A stretch of 64,000 nt of DNA from a virus: IMG/VR virus record IMGVR_UViG_3300028883_000046, positions 11,718 through 75,717 of that record; one strand, written 5' to 3'. The translations under genes and the position numbers were made by a program. Positions within the stretch are counted from its first letter, which is position 1; every line of letters starts with the position of its first letter. The notes beneath the pieces are model-generated. The model was given only the letters and a program-made list of their open reading frames with translations. It was not told the DNA's origin and searched no databases. This document shows, piece after piece, positions 55,241-63,892 of the stretch.

Positions 55241-56623
55241 TTATTTTATCCAGCCAAGCTTTTTGTATATTGCGTATCTCATAACGCTATGCTCAGCCAA
55301 ATATCTGTGAGGATCCATGAAATCAATTAAACGAACTCTCTTCTTTTTGTTTGTTGTTCTTAAACCGCGTCCCATAGCTTGTTTTATCGATTTTTCTTCT
55401 TTCATACCAGAAGCAAGAATGATTTGATTTAATGAAGGGATATTGATGCCAACCTTCCAAACACGGGTACAAATCACAACCAATCTTTCGCTTCGCTTTA
55501 ATCTTTCTTTTATTCTATCTCTTGTTTCGGAATCCGTTTTACCCTCTACAAACTCGCATGGTATTTTTTTTCTTTTAAAGAGTTTTTGTAAAACTAATCC
55601 ATGGTTGATTTTTTCAACCATAATCAATGTTACCTTCTTCCTCTTCATTCCCTTTATTGCTTTTTTTACTATCAATTTATTTCTTGTCTCGTTTTCTACA
55701 ATACCAAGCTTATACATTTCGGAATAACTTCTAACCTTGAGTGTTGCTTGATAGGGTACTGGTATCATCTCAACCTTTGCTTTTGCAATTATGCCAATCT
55801 CTTCTCCTCGCTTGTTTGTCAATTCGTATATAACAGGACCGAAGAAGCCCTCGACAACCAGCTTTTCGTAATCGTTCGTTGGTAAAGTAGCGGTAAACCC
55901 AAGCTTTACCGGTGATAGATTGGATAACATTACTCTTCCATATTGCGAGTCTTCTTTTGCCGCATATTGTACCTCGTCCACCAATGTTATATCAAAGAAG
56001 CTATTCCATTTTTTGTTTTTTATCTCTGAAAAGGATTGAATTGTCGAAAGTACTAAACAGGAATCTTTTTTGAATATCTTTTTCCAGTTTACTTTTTTAC
56101 CGTCGCCTAATACTTCATGCTTAAAGCCAAATTCTTTGAATTTACTTGAGGCTTGATTTATTAGGTCGATAGTATTGCAAAGGAATAGAATTCTACAATT
56201 TTGGAAAACAGAAACGATCCCGCACATAATAATCGTTTTGCCACTACCTGTAGGACAAACAATAGTACCGCGTTGTCTTACTCTTGCTCTTGATATTGCT
56301 CTCTTCTGGTCATTACGAAGAGTAATGTTTTTTAATTTGGGATTTCTACTTGAAGGGATTATCTTTTCAATATTTTCTTTTCCAGTGATTTTTATTTTTT
56401 CACTTTTTACTCTATTTAATAAGCCTGTTAGAAATAGTCCGGAAGAGTTTTCTCTCCCGGTTATTAGGTGTGAAGTGTTTTCCGTTACCTGTCCGGGTCC
56501 CCATCTTGACTTCTTATAAGATATTTTTTTATATTTTAATTTATTTTTGATTAGTTTTCTGGCTCGTGGGTTTGCTCGGCAGTGAACGGAATCAAGAATA
56601 TCAATTATAGCTTCTTGACCCAT
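55241..56623 (-). CDS. SF2 helicase (UvsW-like)
   Basis: 'PTGSGKT', 'VDEVQ', 'FTAT', 'GINIP', 'QAMGRGLR'. Confidence 0.88.
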   Translation of the reverse strand: MGQEAIIDILDSVHCRANPRARKLIKNKLKYKKISYKKSRWGPGQVTENTSHLITGRENSSGLFLTGLLNRVKSEKIKITGKENIEKIIPSSRNPKLKNITLRNDQKRAISRARVRQRGTIVCPTGSGKTIIMCGIVSVFQNCRILFLCNTIDLINQASSKFKEFGFKHEVLGDGKKVNWKKIFKKDSCLVLSTIQSFSEIKNKKWNSFFDITLVDEVQYAAKEDSQYGRVMLSNLSPVKLGFTATLPTNDYEKLVVEGFFGPVIYELTNKRGEEIGIIAKAKVEMIPVPYQATLKVRSYSEMYKLGIVENETRNKLIVKKAIKGMKRKKVTLIMVEKINHGLVLQKLFKRKKIPCEFVEGKTDSETRDRIKERLKRSERLVVICTRVWKVGINIPSLNQIILASGMKEEKSIKQAMGRGLRTTNKKKRVRLIDFMDPHRYLAEHSVMRYAIYKKLGWIK

Positions 56624-56982
56624 CGCTTTATCTCCTTAAATGCGGATTCAACCATAAGACTGCTATTCCAACATTTGGAAAGAATTACTTTTAACCTTGA
56701 GATTGAAATGTTTTTTCTTTTGGGAGTTATGAATAATTCCAGAATTTCTTGAGGGCTATTTAGGATGATATTAATAATCTCTTTTGCTTCGGTTGATAAA
56801 TGATTATACTCGTCCTTTCTTATTAGAAAGTCTTCCGGGTTTTCCTGCTCGGTATTCAATATGATCCCGTCTTCTGGCAAATCACTATTTTGGACTTCAA
56901 TAGTGTTTATGTTCTGCAAACAACCATCCTTTATGTAGTTATAGACTATAAGGTAGTTATATTCGTTTGCCTTGTTTGCCAT
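56605..56982 (-). CDS. Hypothetical protein (possible DNA-binding)
   Basis: 'PEDFLI....LSTEAKEII' resembles sigma-factor C-terminal regions; weak. Confidence 0.45.
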   Translation of the reverse strand: MANKANEYNYLIVYNYIKDGCLQNINTIEVQNSDLPEDGIILNTEQENPEDFLIRKDEYNHLSTEAKEIINIILNSPQEILELFITPKRKNISISRLKVILSKCWNSSLMVESAFKEIKRWVKKL

Positions 56983-57460
56983 TCTTGGATCTCCTTTTGA
57001 TTTTGGTTGGTTTATCTCTTCGCTTGATCTTGATAGGCTTATCTCTTCGCTTGATCTTAGGAACAGGCTTATTTCTTCGTTTTATCCTTGTTTTGTTTTC
57101 TACTTGGATAGGTTTATTTCTTCTTTTAATTTGGATAACAGATTTTGGTTGTAGATCCTCCTCCTTTGCTATTTTTTTAATTTCAAGATATTGCTTGCAC
57201 CGTCTACATTTGCTGTAGGAGCTATAAAAGCGAACTCTATGTTTAACACAGTTTCGTCTATGAAGACAAGTCAAAATATTTAAGCGCTGTCCGTATCGTT
57301 CGCAATGGAAATGGTTGCGACTTTCAAAGGATTTACAAGCGGGAGTAATCGGGCCTCTAACAAGGATAGATTTTGAAAGAGAGCATTTGTTAGGAGCGCT
57401 ATAATTTTTGCAGTATTGACAGGTAATGATTACTCTTCTTTTCAATTTCTTTTTTGCCAT
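56957..57460 (-). CDS. Cys-rich basic protein with IKRR repeats
   Basis: Multiple Cys pairs; five C-terminal IKRR units. Confidence 0.6.
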   Translation of the reverse strand: MAKKKLKRRVIITCQYCKNYSAPNKCSLSKSILVRGPITPACKSFESRNHFHCERYGQRLNILTCLHRRNCVKHRVRFYSSYSKCRRCKQYLEIKKIAKEEDLQPKSVIQIKRRNKPIQVENKTRIKRRNKPVPKIKRRDKPIKIKRRDKPTKIKRRSKNGKQGKRI

Positions 57461-57471
57461 ACTGTTCTCCT

Positions 57472-57505
57472 TGAGGCGCCCGCCTTGATTGACGGGCGCT
57501 CCTCA
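57472..57505 (-). terminator. GC-rich intergenic hairpin (terminator or RBS-adjacent regulator)
   Basis: TGAGGCGCCCG / CGGGCGCTCCTCA; no clear U-tract. Confidence 0.45.
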
Positions 57506-57520
57506 GTTTAATTTTCCTTG

Positions 57521-58525
57521 TTATTTTTTGAGCTTGATATGGTAGATATCGTCAACTCCCTTTGCATTGCTACCATTCATGGTTATATTGATTATCGCGC
57601 CCTTGTTTCTAACCGCTTGACGAACAGTGGTTGAAAAGATCAATTGAAGAGTTTCCGCTCCAAGTTTGTGCTTCTCGGCTACTTTCCGAAATATTTCGGA
57701 TTTCTTTTGTGGCGATTTCATTTCCTCGATAATATCAAACTTCGGAGAGTTTTTTCGAAAGATCGAAGAGTTATCCCTTCGTTTTATCTTTTTTGGACCT
57801 TTGTCGATCTTTGTCCGGTCTCTTCGTTTAATTTTGGTTTTCTTTGGCTTCTTTTTGTCTCTTCTTCTCAGAGTGAAACTAACCGGTTTTTTAGGTTTAC
57901 TTTCTTTCAACTCTTCCTCAAGTGATTTTGGATAAGTCAAAAGGCATTTAATATAGGCGAGTTTAAATACCTCTCTAATAGTGGATAGATATTTACTTCC
58001 AGGTGTTCCTTGGCCGTTCCATGTTGTTTCAAGAGCGTTTAGCATGTTGAGGCAAAGAACGATTGCTTTTGGGTTAACGCCATCAAAGAACGGTTTTTGT
58101 GAAACTCTATGGATGATTCTATACTTCCCATCCATGTTCAATTCGCAAACAAACTGGCCTTTGATTTTGAGCGCTTCCTCAAGAGTTTGGTTCGACCCCT
58201 CGTCTATTACAGGTGCAGAATTTTCGTCTTCGGGTACAGTGTTTGGTTTTTCTTCTGAAACTTCGGGCGGCTTTTCTTCTTCTTTCTTTTCAGGTTCGGG
58301 TTTGTTTTCTTTTGAAGTTTCGGATTTAAAAAGATCTTTGTAAAACTTCAACCTTTGGCACTTCTTACAGGTAACGCTTTCGAGCGAATACTCTTTTTCC
58401 GACTGCATTGGCTTAGCTTCACAAAGCGTTACAGGCCCATCGATTGACTTGACAATGACATGGACGACCTTTCCGCTTCCTTTTGCAAATCCAATCAACT
58501 GTACTTCTTTCCTTGGTTTACTCAT
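57521..58525 (-). CDS. Hypothetical protein (N-terminal Zn finger, basic IKRRD region)
   Basis: 'H...TLC...VTCKKC'. Confidence 0.6.
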   Translation of the reverse strand: MSKPRKEVQLIGFAKGSGKVVHVIVKSIDGPVTLCEAKPMQSEKEYSLESVTCKKCQRLKFYKDLFKSETSKENKPEPEKKEEEKPPEVSEEKPNTVPEDENSAPVIDEGSNQTLEEALKIKGQFVCELNMDGKYRIIHRVSQKPFFDGVNPKAIVLCLNMLNALETTWNGQGTPGSKYLSTIREVFKLAYIKCLLTYPKSLEEELKESKPKKPVSFTLRRRDKKKPKKTKIKRRDRTKIDKGPKKIKRRDNSSIFRKNSPKFDIIEEMKSPQKKSEIFRKVAEKHKLGAETLQLIFSTTVRQAVRNKGAIINITMNGSNAKGVDDIYHIKLKK

Positions 58526-58550
58526 TTTGTCTCTCCTTTTTGGTTAATTG

Positions 58551-58877
58551 CTATTCTGTAAAGCCGTATTTGGTTGGATCTACACCGGCCATATGCATTT
58601 CGGTAATTATTTGTAGCTCTACTACTTTTGCCAAACGATTAATTGCATCGGTGCTTTGGCTAAAAATGGAATGCATACCAATGAACATTGAAGCTTGTTG
58701 AAGTAGTCCGGTTCTGGTAGACTCTTTTGCCAATAAAAATAATTGATGTTTAACGAACTTAACATACCGCGCCGCGTCCTCTTTGCTTTTAATTGGCCGG
58801 GTTACAATGTTATTAAATTCGCTTTCAACACAATGCAGGACGAGACTTTCGATATCCTTTACTTCTTCTTTTTTCAT
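58551..58877 (-). CDS. Hypothetical protein (tandem paralog A)
   Basis: Starts MKKEEVKDI. Confidence 0.6.
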   Translation of the reverse strand: MKKEEVKDIESLVLHCVESEFNNIVTRPIKSKEDAARYVKFVKHQLFLLAKESTRTGLLQQASMFIGMHSIFSQSTDAINRLAKVVELQIITEMHMAGVDPTKYGFTE

Positions 58878-59173
58878 TTTACTTCTCCTTTTTTTAATTT
58901 ATCAATTGTTTCCTCTATTACGTCGGATAGAATAAGCCAGAAACTTGGATATTTTTTAAAAGCTAAGTCTATACGAATAAATGTGTAAGCCAATTCGAAA
59001 AATCCGGATTCGGCCGCTCTTTTGGCGGAAATAAAAAGTCCGTTGGAAATATCGTCCACAAATTTTTGGGCTTCTTCTTCGTTTTGGATAAATTTGGTAA
59101 TAACTTGCCTTGTTGGCGTCTTTGCAAGATATTTAGCCAAAGAGACTATATTCTTTACTTCTTCTTTTTTCAT
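58874..59173 (-). CDS. Hypothetical protein (tandem paralog B)
   Basis: Starts MKKEEVKNI at 59173 after an identical RBS. Confidence 0.6.
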   Translation of the reverse strand: MKKEEVKNIVSLAKYLAKTPTRQVITKFIQNEEEAQKFVDDISNGLFISAKRAAESGFFELAYTFIRIDLAFKKYPSFWLILSDVIEETIDKLKKGEVK

Positions 59174-59184
59174 TTTACTTCTCC

Positions 59185-59394
59185 TTATAGGTTCTGCCAA
59201 AGCTGATCTTTGATTTGTCCCTTGATTTCACGCATATTTTTTTCTATTGTCTGGACCACCTCTTTTATTTCTGAAACGTCTCCCTTCACCCATGCGTTTT
59301 CAAGCTGGATCGATGCTTTGTGAATTTCTCTGAAGTAGTCTTTGTCGAAGTCGGGTTTTTCAAACTTTTTCAGATAAGAGTCCAAGTTGGCCAT
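59185..59394 (-). CDS. Hypothetical protein
   Basis: GGAGAAGTAAAATG start. Confidence 0.6.
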   Translation of the reverse strand: MANLDSYLKKFEKPDFDKDYFREIHKASIQLENAWVKGDVSEIKEVVQTIEKNMREIKGQIKDQLWQNL

Positions 59395-59453
59395 TTTACT
59401 TCTCCTTTTGTTGGTGTTTTTAGGTAAAGATCTTTTTAAATTATAGGGAGTAC

Positions 59454-59495
59454 AAACTAAAATAGCGCCCTCGACTTTTACACCGAGGGCGCTAT
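59454..59495 (-). terminator. Rho-independent terminator
   Basis: ATAGCGCCCTCG / CGAGGGCGCTAT then TTTAGTTT on the - strand. Confidence 0.75.
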
Positions 59496-59499
59496 GTGA

Positions 59500-60408
59500 T
59501 TAGTAGTCCAAAGCTCTCTTGCTTTCGAAGTCCGGTAGGCTATCGATAGCCTTGGTCATTTTCTTTACTTTTCTCTTTACTTTGCCAATGTAGTCTTCCG
59601 AGTCGTTATCCGGATCGATTTTGCCAATCTCTTTGCGGATGTTTTCAATAACTTGCTTCAACTCTTCATGCCCAATGAAGCCGCTCCATAGTTCATCGTA
59701 CTTTTCAAAAAGTCTTCCTATACTGTTAATTGTTTTCTTTGGTATCTTGCCATCGGAAGTATACTCTTTAAGTCGTGTTATCTTGGCAAGAAACTCGTTT
59801 TTGACCACGTCCATGGTCATATTCACGATTTCCTGCATTTGGTCCTTAGCCTTCTCTACTTCTCTTTTGTATATAGCATCTGGCAAGTTCTTTCTATCAG
59901 GAACGGCGAGGACGCGGAAAATCCATTCGAAGTAAAATTTCGTTCTCAGCTTTTCTATGGAGGGATATTTTTCCCTTCGGAAGAGTCTTTTGTTTTTACT
60001 CTTCTTGAAGTTTTGGATATGTTTGTCGTAATTTTCCAAAAAGCTTTCCACGGCTTCTTTAAATCTCTCTCTTTGATTCAGGAGATACTTGTCAATCTCT
60101 TCTACCTTATCCTTTGGTACAAACTTCAAACTCCTGATGGGACAAGGAAGCAAATTGGCGTTTAGATAGTTGTACGTTTCATTATAGATCGAAACGAACG
60201 TTTTAAGCTCTTTCTTGCCGTTGGCGTCAAGTAGATCTTGAACAGTCCTAAGGACGTCTTTGTCTTTAGATATATCGTCTTGGTAAATATCTTCTTTTAC
60301 TTTTGCACGGGCGGCCCAATATCCAACACTGAGATTTATAAGGCAACCTTCCCTAAATACGTCGGTTTTAACTACTTCTTTATTTTTTCTTCTTCTTATA
60401 GCTGGCAT
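59500..60408 (-). CDS. Helical protein associated with the AAA module (possibly DUF3150-like)
   Basis: 'LINLSVGYW', 'YPS...LR.KF.F.W'; AAGGAG RBS; family call tentative. Confidence 0.5.
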   Translation of the reverse strand: MPAIRRRKNKEVVKTDVFREGCLINLSVGYWAARAKVKEDIYQDDISKDKDVLRTVQDLLDANGKKELKTFVSIYNETYNYLNANLLPCPIRSLKFVPKDKVEEIDKYLLNQRERFKEAVESFLENYDKHIQNFKKSKNKRLFRREKYPSIEKLRTKFYFEWIFRVLAVPDRKNLPDAIYKREVEKAKDQMQEIVNMTMDVVKNEFLAKITRLKEYTSDGKIPKKTINSIGRLFEKYDELWSGFIGHEELKQVIENIRKEIGKIDPDNDSEDYIGKVKRKVKKMTKAIDSLPDFESKRALDY

Positions 60409-60472
60409 TAGAAAATCTCCTTTATGCATGAATATTATAGATTAAGATTGTTTATTTATTTTAAAAAGATCT

Positions 60473-61924
60473 TTAATAATCAATTGCTCTCTTCTTCGAC
60501 TTTCCATTGTCTATAGAGGTTGAAGCTGGAATCGCGTTTTGCTTTGCCCATTGCTCTAATTGGTCAATTGAACTTTTCATCGTTTTGGATATCGGGATAA
60601 CGTACTTGGAAGCTTTATCAAGTGTTATTCCCATCATTGCGGCAATGCGACAACAAGTCTTAACTTCCGCACCGCTCCAACCTTGCATATCTTTTGAAGT
60701 GAATTTTCCTGCCTTGACGTTATACTCTTTCATGTAGAATTTTAGAATTTCTTTCAACTCTTTTTCGCTTGGCAAGCCTAAGTAGAATATCCCATCCCAT
60801 CTTTCACTTCTTTTGTATTCGGGAGGCAAGTTGGCGATAGAGTTGCAGGTGGCTACAATGTAAATGCCCGGTCTATCATCGGACATAAACTTCAATAACA
60901 TCGAAGCCGAGCGCTTTCCCGTGCTATCGGTTGAAGCTTCTTGACTTGTAGCAGACAAGCCCTTCTCGATTTCATCAAAGAAGAGGACCGCGTTACCAAT
61001 AGACTTGACAGTCTTAATCATTTTTGCCCATGCGGCTTCGGCTTGTCCATACAGGCCACTTCCTTGCATTTCGGCAAGCTCCGCTTCTATCATTACTTTA
61101 TTGGTCATGCTCGATATATATCTGGCAAAATGAGTCTTGCCCGTTCCTGGAGGGCCGATAATCAATATCCCTTTTGAGATAGGAGAGTTAATACTCTTCA
61201 AAACGAATTCTTTGATGTTTTCATATCCAAGCAACTCGGAAACTTTATACTTCCCAACTTTCAACCCAACCGAACTTTCAATTTCCTGTTTTCGAAGTTC
61301 GCCAATATCTTTTGGATCGATACTTCCTTTGTTTTTTATAATGCTATATGAAATAGCGTTTTGGATCGACTTTAGAGACAAGCCTCGACAACTTTCAACA
61401 ATATCCAACGCATCGCTCTTGCTTGGGCTTTTAAAGTTAGGATTCGTCTTCTCAGCCTCTACAAGCTTATCCAAATAGATCTGGATCTCTTCGAACGTTG
61501 GCAGATCAAAATCAAGTTGAATGAAATCTCTTTTCAATTCATCCGGGACGGCTTCTTCGAAAGGACTGTTACCGACAATTAGAAGTGCTTTTCTGTTTAC
61601 TCTGCTTTCGAATTCGGATAGATGATTTGAAAAGTAGGTTACGAGCTGATAATCAATCTCTCCGGTTACTTTGTCTTTTAAGAACCAATTTAAATTTCTG
61701 AAAACTAACAGATCATAGCTTGCGGATGCATCGATAAATGGAACGATACTTCCCTTGTCCCAATCCATTGATTCGAAATCCCAAATCTTTACTTCTCGCC
61801 AATTGCTTTCTCCCTCTTTCATTATGTCAAGGAGAGTAGCGAGGAAACGGTCTTGCTCGTCCGTTTGGCAGTAGAAGAAAACATAACCGGCATTCAGTGC
61901 GGTTTTTATTTCATTGATATTCAT
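60473..61924 (-). CDS. AAA+ ATPase (Ycf46-like)
   Basis: Degenerate N-terminal AAA domain, then 'GPPGTGKT', 'FFDEIEK', 'ATCN..LPPE..R..RWD', 'GWSGAE'. Confidence 0.85.
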   Translation of the reverse strand: MNINEIKTALNAGYVFFYCQTDEQDRFLATLLDIMKEGESNWREVKIWDFESMDWDKGSIVPFIDASASYDLLVFRNLNWFLKDKVTGEIDYQLVTYFSNHLSEFESRVNRKALLIVGNSPFEEAVPDELKRDFIQLDFDLPTFEEIQIYLDKLVEAEKTNPNFKSPSKSDALDIVESCRGLSLKSIQNAISYSIIKNKGSIDPKDIGELRKQEIESSVGLKVGKYKVSELLGYENIKEFVLKSINSPISKGILIIGPPGTGKTHFARYISSMTNKVMIEAELAEMQGSGLYGQAEAAWAKMIKTVKSIGNAVLFFDEIEKGLSATSQEASTDSTGKRSASMLLKFMSDDRPGIYIVATCNSIANLPPEYKRSERWDGIFYLGLPSEKELKEILKFYMKEYNVKAGKFTSKDMQGWSGAEVKTCCRIAAMMGITLDKASKYVIPISKTMKSSIDQLEQWAKQNAIPASTSIDNGKSKKRAIDY

Positions 61925-61951
61925 TATTCGATTCCTTTCGTATAGGATGAT

Positions 61952-62158
61952 TTACTTCTGGAAGGTGCTCAGTTTTCTATCATAGGATCTAAGTTGCATT
62001 GATTTAGAAATTTCTTTTTTGGTAGTTTTTCTTTCGGACATATGCTCTTCTATCATGTCAAAAAAATCGTCCGCGCTTTGATGATTCGCTCCGCTGATTT
62101 GTCCGGTTTCAAACTTTATCGTGCCATCCTCTAATACTTCGATATTTATAATATCCAT
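61952..62158 (-). CDS. Small protein (DUF2997-like)
   Basis: 'INIEVLEDGTIKFET'; position upstream of the Ycf46-like ATPase. Confidence 0.5.
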   Translation of the reverse strand: MDIINIEVLEDGTIKFETGQISGANHQSADDFFDMIEEHMSERKTTKKEISKSMQLRSYDRKLSTFQK

Positions 62159-62179
62159 TTTTTCTTCTCCCTATTTGAA

Positions 62180-62500
62180 TTAAAATTTGGTTGCTTTGAA
62201 TTTATTTTCGGAAAGCTTCTTTAACATCCAGTTTTTCTTCTTTGCCACTTTTTGAATTACTTGGGCACTGTATTGTCGTTTGATCTTTGCAAATAGATCG
62301 GTTTCGGTAACAGGATATTTTACGGATTGCTCGTTTAGATCAAAGGTGAAAGTAGATCTACCATTAGGCGTATAGGCTCTAATTCTGTTTGATTGTCTTA
62401 CCACTGTGAAGTTGAGCGCTTTAAGCGCTTCCAGTAGTATTTCTTCGCTCTTCAAATTAAATGTTTTTATCGTCATTTCGTTTACTTCATAGCACGGCAT
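62180..62500 (-). CDS. Ycf35/DUF1257-like protein
   Basis: 'LLEALKALNF', 'IKRQYSAQVIQKVAKKKNW'. Confidence 0.5.
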   Translation of the reverse strand: MPCYEVNEMTIKTFNLKSEEILLEALKALNFTVVRQSNRIRAYTPNGRSTFTFDLNEQSVKYPVTETDLFAKIKRQYSAQVIQKVAKKKNWMLKKLSENKFKATKF

Positions 62501-62524
62501 AATAGCCTCCTTATTTGTTAAGAG

Positions 62525-62770
62525 TTATTTAATTTTAGCTTTTCTACCGACGGCATAGGTAAATTTCCCAATGTTATAATGAAAGCAAAGGAAGACCTCT
62601 TCTCCTTGCCTGAATCCTGAGAAGCAATCGTCCCAACACTCACAATTGAAGAGAAGTTCCATTTGTTCGTTGTTTGCTTCACATTTTTGTTTTGCTTCAT
62701 CCATTAGTTCTTTCTTTAGATTGTCCAACTTAGACAGATCAAAACTTTCCGGGAGAGATACGTTTTTCAT
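62525..62770 (-). CDS. Hypothetical protein
   Basis: AAGGA RBS; directly downstream of the ribozyme. Confidence 0.6.
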   Translation of the reverse strand: MKNVSLPESFDLSKLDNLKKELMDEAKQKCEANNEQMELLFNCECWDDCFSGFRQGEEVFLCFHYNIGKFTYAVGRKAKIK

Positions 62771-62804
62771 TTTTTTCTTCCTTTGGTTTGTTTTGATTTA
62801 ATTT

Positions 62805-62878
62805 ACTACTTGGCTAATCATCAGTTAGAAAGCGCCACCCAACTAATACGCCCTCGAAAGGGCGTTTCATATAGTAGT
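62805..62878 (-). ncRNA. Type II hammerhead ribozyme
   Basis: - strand: ACUACU-AUAU-GAAA-CGCCCU(UUCG)AGGGCG-UA / UUAG..UGGC..CUAA-CUGAUGA-UUA-GCCA-AGUAGU; full core, three stems, UGGC/GCCA pseudoknot potential. Confidence 0.85.
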
Positions 62879-62882
62879 TTTT

Positions 62883-63233
62883 TTATTTGGCTGATTTGAA
62901 AGTATTAAGAATTCCTTGCATAATGCCAAAGTACTCGGCTAAAAAAACTCGCTCTGGCGGTATATCGTTTCCAAACAAAGTTGTTTTCTTATACTCGTTA
63001 GAAATGTCTACTGAAAAGTCGCCAATTGGAAGTTCATGATCATTGGTAAATACTTCGATTGGAATTCCTTTATGCCCATCATAGAAAGGCGTTGCAAAAA
63101 CTCGGATAGTGTTTTCTTCATTTTCCCAACATATGACGCCGGTCATGTCGCAAACATCATAGGAAAACCCTTCAATTTCTTTTCCGGCTTTTTCTTTCAA
63201 AATTTCATATGCTTTTTCGCAATCAATTTTCAT
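62883..63233 (-). CDS. Hypothetical protein
   Basis: GGAGAAGTAAAATG start. Confidence 0.6.
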   Translation of the reverse strand: MKIDCEKAYEILKEKAGKEIEGFSYDVCDMTGVICWENEENTIRVFATPFYDGHKGIPIEVFTNDHELPIGDFSVDISNEYKKTTLFGNDIPPERVFLAEYFGIMQGILNTFKSAK

Positions 63234-63266
63234 TTTACTTCTCCTTTTAGGACAGATTGTTTTTAA

Positions 63267-63629
63267 TTAAAGAGTATACAGGATTGTTACAAGACGATTG
63301 GATAGAGAATATATATAGGCATCATCTCTTTCGTTTGTCTCCCAATCTTGCTCTGGGCAAGAGACTGGGCCATCTATGTCATATTTTGGAACTTGGTTAA
63401 CATTCGCTTTTTCTTCCATCTCTTTGACTCGCTGGTTAACCCATACTTTTTTAAAAGTCTTGTTTTCCATTTTACTTCTCCTATTAGGAGTTGGTTGATA
63501 ATTGTGTGTAGAGTCGTTTTTCATTGCTTCTAAGGAATCGATCATATCTTGAAATGATTTTTGCCTCTGCCTAAACCAATAGACGTCCGTTTGAGCATAA
63601 TGTTTGTTTTCTGGATTCTTGTTTTCCAT
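63267..63629 (-). CDS. Hypothetical protein, apparent two-cassette fusion with internal start at 63470
   Basis: Internal exact copy of the RBS/start block. Confidence 0.55.
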   Translation of the reverse strand: MENKNPENKHYAQTDVYWFRQRQKSFQDMIDSLEAMKNDSTHNYQPTPNRRSKMENKTFKKVWVNQRVKEMEEKANVNQVPKYDIDGPVSCPEQDWETNERDDAYIYSLSNRLVTILYTL

Positions 63630-63655
63630 TTTACTTCTCCTATTAGGAGTTGGTT
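63458..63655. repeat. 39-bp exact direct repeat (63458-63496 and 63617-63655)
   Basis: TCTTGTTTTCCATTTTACTTCTCCTATTAGGAGTTGGTT twice, 159 bp apart. Confidence 0.9.
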
Positions 63656-63890
63656 AGTAATCGTATTCGGTTTTTATTGCTTCCAAGGAATCGATCATAT
63701 CTTGCATTGATCCTTGCCCGTCTACTCTGCTATTTATATGGTTGAACCAATATGCTTTCGCTCGCGCATATTGTTGACTTTCTTTTCCTAAAGTCTTTGC
63801 CACAATTTTAAGATTTTCTTTGTTCAGCTCTTTGATGATTTCCATGTTTTCTTCAAACTTCATTATGTCGCCTCTGATTTCTTTTTTCAT
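63654..63890 (-). CDS. Hypothetical protein
   Basis: GGAGAAG RBS. Confidence 0.6.
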   Translation of the reverse strand: MKKEIRGDIMKFEENMEIIKELNKENLKIVAKTLGKESQQYARAKAYWFNHINSRVDGQGSMQDMIDSLEAIKTEYDY

Positions 63891-63892
63891 TT

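Noticed and set aside
57472-57506. Second hammerhead (CUGAGGA next to a stem)
   Set aside because: No GAAA core or stem III follows; it is a simple hairpin.
62848-62865. UUCG hairpin as a terminator
   Set aside because: No U-tract; better explained as stem III of the hammerhead.
58857-63704. Repeats as a CRISPR array or attachment sites
   Set aside because: Spacing is irregular, the repeats coincide with RBS/start codons, and no cas or integrase gene is seen.
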